Positions 26,946 through 32,000 of a stretch of 32,000 bases of DNA are shown here, piece by piece. The notes under the pieces were generated by a model. That model was given only the letters and a program-made list of their open reading frames with translations, searched no databases and was not told the DNA's origin. Location of the stretch: contig CAZYLT010000001.1 in the NCBI GenBank assembly GCA_964648855.1, forward strand, positions 60,001 to 92,000, written 5' to 3'. Position 1 is the first letter of the stretch. Every line of letters begins with the position of its first letter. The position numbers were made by a program, and so were the translations under genes. The DNA is from an uncultured archaeon (GTDB taxonomy: Archaea; Asgardarchaeota; Thorarchaeia; Thorarchaeales; Thorarchaeaceae).

Positions 26946-27574
26946 TCTTTCCATATCTCCCCAGTTTCATGGTCATAACTCAGTTCACCGCGAGAAACAA
27001 GAATTACTACGTAGAGAAATCGTTTGAGGAATACTTCAATTTCATCAGCAGAAATCAAATCGCGGATAAGAAATCGCTTATTGGCGGGAATATTGGACAA
27101 GAAACCATTCATCGCATCAATAAAGACAGCATCCTCCGTCTGGAATGTGAAATCATCAGGGATTCCTCTCATTTTCGGAGGCTCTTCTTCGCCAGGCTCT
27201 TCTGACATGGACTGAATTAGACTCAAAATTCGTTCTAGAGCGCGATTCAGAGTGGTGTAGGTCATCGAACCAAATCTGATTGGATGCCGATAAGAAATGA
27301 GCTTGGCCAATTGCATGGGTGTCAATTCTCGCACTCGTGACACATAGATGTCAGGAGCAGAAAGAATGCGGGCTAATTCCTGCACTCGACTAATCTTGGC
27401 TTCCAAGATATCATTTAACAGAGAGTCTAAGTCAACTTTTACATCCAGGTCTGTTGCCAGGTTTCTCAACTCAATATACGAGTCCCACAATTGGTATTCA
27501 AGAGGATCCGCACCGGATTCTCTAATCTCTCGTGCAACAGTGGCAATCTTCTCAGCGAGCATCGTTGCAGACAA
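26942..27574 (-). CDS. Kleisin (ScpA/Nse4-like) subunit
   Basis: Helical N-terminus (DPLEYQL), Pro/Glu linker and C-terminal WH (RFLYVVILVSRGELSY). Lies directly behind smc, with SD GAGGTG before a TTG start. Confidence 0.72.
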   Translation of the reverse strand: MSATMLAEKIATVAREIRESGADPLEYQLWDSYIELRNLATDLDVKVDLDSLLNDILEAKISRVQELARILSAPDIYVSRVRELTPMQLAKLISYRHPIRFGSMTYTTLNRALERILSLIQSMSEEPGEEEPPKMRGIPDDFTFQTEDAVFIDAMNGFLSNIPANKRFLIRDLISADEIEVFLKRFLYVVILVSRGELSYDHETGEIWKE

Positions 27575-27584
27575 TTCTCACACC

Positions 27585-30500
27585 TCATTGTCCTGAGAAA
27601 CTGGGGCTTTCAATTATCACGGATGGCTCAACGCCACCTGGTGATACAACACCAAGTCGCTTGTCAGCATTCTTCAGCAGATGCGTACTCTTTGCAGGTG
27701 TGAAAATTATGAACTGACTGTTTCTGGATGAGTCATATAATAACCGACTAACCATCTCGGTGTTCGTTGCATCCAAGAATGTATCAATCTCGTCCAGAGA
27801 ATAGACTGGAGCTGGATTGAATCGCTGCAATGCTAGTATCAGACCAATGGCTACAAGGGAGCGCTCTCCTCCAGACCCTGCACTGAGTTCCTCGAACTCC
27901 TCTCCTCTGAATTTGCATTTGAAATCAACACCATAGACCTGGTTACGAAGCGATAAATCAAATCTAACTTCGCCCGAAAAATTAACGCTATTGAGTATCT
28001 CGTTAACATTTTCCTCCACACTCTGAAGGGTTTCATTCATTCCGTTGTGGTACTCTTCCCTGATTTTGTTGATCGTATCCTCCGCCGCGCTTACTTCACC
28101 CTCTAGTTCTGCAACCTTTTTTGTTAGATTACTTAGTCTGTCCTTCAACTTATTCTCAGTGATAGCTATAGTTTCTGATACATCTTGATAATCATCTAGA
28201 AGATGCCTAACTCTGATGAGTTCATTGCGAACAGTTTCCAGACCCCTGACTTCAGCAGGCTGTGTTTGTCCTTCAATCTCATCCTTGACCCGGTTTCTCT
28301 CACTCGACATGGCATCGACCTGCTTCTTGGATTGAATGACCTCCAAGCGACTATTGCGTATCTGAAGATTCATCTCTAGTAGTGCTTCGCGATTCTCCGA
28401 GATTTGTGAATCAAGCTCTTTCTGGTCCTTCTGAAGTGCTTTTCTTTCTGTTTCAAGCTCGGTGATTTTCTGTTTCAAGTCGTCAATGAAACCTAGAATC
28501 TCCGTACCCTCATTTTCAAAACTCTTCAGCTCATCTCGAACTTCCGCCAGTCGCTCAGAGTACATCTCAATATTCTCATTCACAGAGTGAAGTTCTTGAC
28601 GTCTGACTTCTTGATTCTTCTCAGAAGACACGAGGCGATTATCCAGATCCTTCAATTGCTTCTGGAGCCTTCTCTGTTTCATCCGGAGCGCTGATTGCTG
28701 TCCAAGAAGCCTACTCCTCTCAGGGGGTTGCGAATTGTCTAGTTCCCTCAGTTTCATCTCAGCACTATCAAGCTCTTGTTGCAGACCCTCCAATTTTGAC
28801 TCAAGACTAGCAACTTCTGATTGCTGCTCAGGAATGCCATCAAGGAGCTTCTTTCTTCTTTCCCAAATCCCACTCCATCTTGATACTTGGTTCATTAATT
28901 CTAAGACTCTCTCTCTTTCTGCAGCAGTTTCTTCTATCTTTTCCATAATGGCTGTGAGCTGCTTCCTGGCAATTATTAGCTCATTTCTCGTTTTCTTGAG
29001 CTCTTTCTGCAAGGGTGCCAGAGAGATAATACCAGTAGGCTCTTTTCTAGGGTGGCTGATTGTTCTTTCTTCATTCTTAGCGATTACTTGACCATCCAGT
29101 GTAACAATGTTGACTAAGACCTTGTTGGATAGTCTATAGGCGGACAGAGAATTCTTTGTCAATACATAATCCCCGATTGCCTTTGCTACTATCTCCTTTT
29201 CCATCCCTTCTAGTCCAGTTACATCCCAAAGCCAGCCAAGAGCTCCCGGGTACTCAGAAATATCAACATGTTGTGGGCTCTCGCCATCATGAGCTAATAC
29301 AATCGGAGAAGGTGCATCCAAGGAGTCTCTCAGTTTTTGAAGTAAGTCAAAATCTGCCGTATTGCTGGCAATAAAGGCTAAAGAAAGATTAGAATCCAAT
29401 ACAGCCTCAAGTGCGTCCCCATGATTCTCATCGACAGAAAGCTCTGAAAGCAAAGGTCCAATGACATTCTCCAGTTGACGTTCGTCTATTGCTTCTCGCA
29501 ACTGGTTGACAGAATCTGGAATGCGTGCGGAGCGCTCAGCCAATTGATTCTCAAGGGAGTCTATCTTCTTCTGCAGCTCGGAAACCTTCGATGAACGTTG
29601 AAACCGAGTTTCATTTAGCTTGGAAAACCGGCTTTCTATCTGTGCTTTTTTCGCCTCCAGATCTTCTTCGTCAACTCCATCTACAGTGTCCCAAAGCTCC
29701 CCCCACTTGTTCTCTATAGATTGGAGTTCTGCCTCATCAACCTGTAGTTTTTCTCGAAGGCTGCGCATAAGCAGGTCAGTGCTTCGTACCTCAGCCTGCA
29801 ATGCCCGGTAGTCGCCGTGAACTTCTGCTCTTTTGGAATTCCATTCTGCAAATTCATCCAACTTATCATCGAGCTCTTCGCGTTCTTGGTCAACCTCTTC
29901 CATTTCAGCACTAATGGCCTTGTGCTCTTCCATGTATCCCTCTCTAGATTTGCTGATTCGTTGCAAGTCCTGGGATAGACTCTCCTTCTTGCTCTTCTCC
30001 ATTGCAAGTTTTTCTTCCAAATCACGAATTTCCTGAACTAAGCGTCTATTAGAGTCCTCTAGTTTGCTCAGACGGCGCTCTTCTTCCTCTATTCGTGCAG
30101 TGGTTTTTCCAATCTCCAACTGGTTTTTCTGGAGTGACTGGTTCACTAACTCCAATCTGTCTTGCAGGTCTGAAATGAGAGATTCAACAGTTGAGTATTC
30201 TTCTAGAACCGACCCTAGTCCCTCTTCTTTCTCTTCTATCTCTAGTCGAATTTCATCTATTCTAGTATCCAAGTCCTTCAAGAGAGCCCATTTGTGCTCT
30301 AGCTCAAGCTCTTTCTCTTCTTTCTGTAACCGTCGTTTCTTCTCTAACCTTTCAATATCATGTCCTAAGAACTCTAGTTCCTTTTCAACGACTTGTGCCT
30401 CGCTCTTGGCAGATCCCAGATTTTCACTACTCTGAGATACTCTTGATTCTTCAAGACTTATACGGTTTCGCAGTTCGTCAAGACCGGTTCCTTCCTCTAC

Positions 30501-30977
30501 CAGCTTTCGAACCTCTACTGGATCCATATTACGAAGAGCATTAATTCGTTCTTGAGGCATGAACACAAGAGGATTATCTGGGTCAAAACCGAGCGTTTCC
30601 ACCAATTGATGCATCTCGGATGCCTTCACTCTCCTACCATCAATGTATGCTCGAGGAATGCCATCACGGCTGATTTTTCTTTCAAATCTACGTGATTGCC
30701 CATTGACCTTGGCTACGAGTTCTACCGTACCAGAAGAGGCACCATGCCGCACAAAATCACTCCATTTCGAATATCTCCGTTCGCGTTGATTAGAGCCCAA
30801 TGCAAATTTGATGGCATGGAAAATCGACGTTTTTCCGGAGCCATTCGGACCGACCACTACTGTAAGACCTTTGTCAAGCTCTACGGTACCCTCGTAGAAT
30901 GACAAGAAATTCTTCAGCCGTACTGACTCAATATGCACATCAGTTTGATTCAACTCGATCGTAACCTCATCTTCCAA
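27585..30977 (-). CDS. smc: SMC family ATPase, Smc5/6-related
   Basis: LKNFLSF, Walker A GPNGSGKTS, Q-loop FMPQER, long coiled coils around a hinge (VIGPL...VTLDG), signature GSGGERS, Walker B/D-loop LDEIDTFLDATN and QFIIFTP. The start may be a few codons downstream. Confidence 0.93.
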   Translation of the reverse strand: MEDEVTIELNQTDVHIESVRLKNFLSFYEGTVELDKGLTVVVGPNGSGKTSIFHAIKFALGSNQRERRYSKWSDFVRHGASSGTVELVAKVNGQSRRFERKISRDGIPRAYIDGRRVKASEMHQLVETLGFDPDNPLVFMPQERINALRNMDPVEVRKLVEEGTGLDELRNRISLEESRVSQSSENLGSAKSEAQVVEKELEFLGHDIERLEKKRRLQKEEKELELEHKWALLKDLDTRIDEIRLEIEEKEEGLGSVLEEYSTVESLISDLQDRLELVNQSLQKNQLEIGKTTARIEEEERRLSKLEDSNRRLVQEIRDLEEKLAMEKSKKESLSQDLQRISKSREGYMEEHKAISAEMEEVDQEREELDDKLDEFAEWNSKRAEVHGDYRALQAEVRSTDLLMRSLREKLQVDEAELQSIENKWGELWDTVDGVDEEDLEAKKAQIESRFSKLNETRFQRSSKVSELQKKIDSLENQLAERSARIPDSVNQLREAIDERQLENVIGPLLSELSVDENHGDALEAVLDSNLSLAFIASNTADFDLLQKLRDSLDAPSPIVLAHDGESPQHVDISEYPGALGWLWDVTGLEGMEKEIVAKAIGDYVLTKNSLSAYRLSNKVLVNIVTLDGQVIAKNEERTISHPRKEPTGIISLAPLQKELKKTRNELIIARKQLTAIMEKIEETAAERERVLELMNQVSRWSGIWERRKKLLDGIPEQQSEVASLESKLEGLQQELDSAEMKLRELDNSQPPERSRLLGQQSALRMKQRRLQKQLKDLDNRLVSSEKNQEVRRQELHSVNENIEMYSERLAEVRDELKSFENEGTEILGFIDDLKQKITELETERKALQKDQKELDSQISENREALLEMNLQIRNSRLEVIQSKKQVDAMSSERNRVKDEIEGQTQPAEVRGLETVRNELIRVRHLLDDYQDVSETIAITENKLKDRLSNLTKKVAELEGEVSAAEDTINKIREEYHNGMNETLQSVEENVNEILNSVNFSGEVRFDLSLRNQVYGVDFKCKFRGEEFEELSAGSGGERSLVAIGLILALQRFNPAPVYSLDEIDTFLDATNTEMVSRLLYDSSRNSQFIIFTPAKSTHLLKNADKRLGVVSPGGVEPSVIIESPSFSGQ

Positions 30978-32000
30978 GTAGTCTATCTAAACGATCTTTA
31001 CTTCGCTTTGCTCGTAATAATCTCGTCAGTTTCTCATCAGTAGAGCCAGTCAAAAGAAAGGGGTATTGACTTAGAAACTCACGGTCCTCTGGAGTTAAAG
31101 GAAGGTTGGAGTTCAGAGTTTCTATTACCTGTTGTGTCCGATGAAAATTGTCGCCCACCGCCATTAGGTATAGCTGGTCCAGGAACTCATCAGGATATTC
31201 TTCTGATAAGCGCTCATAAGGGGGATGAAATTCACCTTCAGCTTTCTGAGCAATGTCATCAATCACCTGTTTCCTACCAAGTGGAATGAGTCCGGCCTCC
31301 TCAATCATCTTCTCAAGCTCACCTTTTGTATAATCGCTCTTCTCATCGAGAGGATTTCTAACGAGAAAAGATGCTAGGTGAGTAATGTCTGAGAAAGCCC
31401 AGCCTTCAGTGACTTGAGCTAAAAGCGCAGGGTCAGCTGAAGAACCAGCCAAGACCTTTTCCAAGACTCGAACCCTATCCTCCAGGGTCGGTGATTGGAA
31501 TACATAGGTTTGCTCAAATAGAATTAGCGCATCTCTATCGATGGCCTTTGGATTACTGGTCTGACATATAACCAGTATTTCATCATCGTTCCATGAGCAG
31601 TTCTTCATCTCCAGTGAGAGAACAGCGGCCTGATTCGTATTGCTTTCCGCCAGAAGTTCTAGGCGTTCGATATACAACATTGCTGGCGAGTTCCGCTTTG
31701 CGAATTCGAAACCAGTTCGGATCATTTCAGGCAAACGTTCAGAAGACTCCAACATGTCTTCAAATCTGAATCTTAGGAGCCTGAGAGGAATTTCAGTAGA
31801 TATATGGTGAACAAATGACATGAAGTCAGTTCCCGGAGGGCCGATGAGTAGAGTCTTTCCACTGAATTCGAGCCCAAGTTTCTGAAGTTCGGACTGGTGT
31901 TCTTTGGCCCCCTCTAGTTCCTTCTTTAGCTTCCTCGCGTCCTCTATCACTGACTGTTGCGATATCTCCCTAGGTGGGAGCTCCTCTGGTTCTATAAGGT
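30967..32000 (-). CDS. AAA+ ATPase-like protein with degenerate Walker motifs (5'-partial)
   Basis: LLIGPPGTDF, FEFAKRNSPAMLYIERLE, TSNPKAID, PTLEDRVRVL and TEGWAFSDI follow the Cdc48/Vps4/PAN-type AAA scaffold. The frame stays open to the window end (LIEPEELPPREISQQS). Confidence 0.8.
   Translation of the reverse strand, partial: LIEPEELPPREISQQSVIEDARKLKKELEGAKEHQSELQKLGLEFSGKTLLIGPPGTDFMSFVHHISTEIPLRLLRFRFEDMLESSERLPEMIRTGFEFAKRNSPAMLYIERLELLAESNTNQAAVLSLEMKNCSWNDDEILVICQTSNPKAIDRDALILFEQTYVFQSPTLEDRVRVLEKVLAGSSADPALLAQVTEGWAFSDITHLASFLVRNPLDEKSDYTKGELEKMIEEAGLIPLGRKQVIDDIAQKAEGEFHPPYERLSEEYPDEFLDQLYLMAVGDNFHRTQQVIETLNSNLPLTPEDREFLSQYPFLLTGSTDEKLTRLLRAKRSKDRLDRLLGR

Noticed and set aside
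195-30902. Numerous 60-185 aa ORFs antisense to or nested in long genes (e.g. 8768-9322, 15339-15830, 24453-24890, 28735-29091)
   Set aside because: These are shadow frames of well-supported CDSs with no recognisable motifs.
27585-30977. Rad50/SbcC or Wadjet JetC assignment
   Set aside because: There is no central CxxC zinc hook, a globular hinge is present, and no mre11 or Toprim nuclease gene is adjacent within the window.

Overview
This is a gene-dense archaeal chromosomal segment with no transposase, integrase or CRISPR array visible. The gene set (ZPR1, DUF2070, a longin-domain protein, an adaptin/coatomer-appendage-like domain, an Smc5/6-type SMC) points to an Asgard archaeon, probably Thorarchaeia-like; this is inference, not a database result. 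In order, the window holds: porA (5'-partial) and porB; a membrane-anchored M28 peptidase with Ca-binding repeats; a catalytically dead HD-family protein; a small membrane protein; a protein with eight Zn-ribbon repeats and a coat-appendage-like C-terminus; ubiX; DUF2070; PadR with two operator palindromes and a heterodimeric ABC exporter; a multi-TM sensor-like protein; a longin/winged-helix protein; ZPR1; tRNA-Ala(UGC); an NYN-LOTUS RNase; a Na/Pi cotransporter; a cell-surface glycoprotein; a structured intergenic region with a candidate ncRNA; and YkgJ. The window ends in the top candidate system: a tightly coupled minus-strand operon of pseudo-AAA ATPase > Smc5/6-like SMC > kleisin > Nse1/Nse3(MAGE)-like KITE, followed by a TFIIB-Zn-ribbon/wHTH protein. 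All homology calls come from motif recognition by eye and need HMM or structure confirmation.
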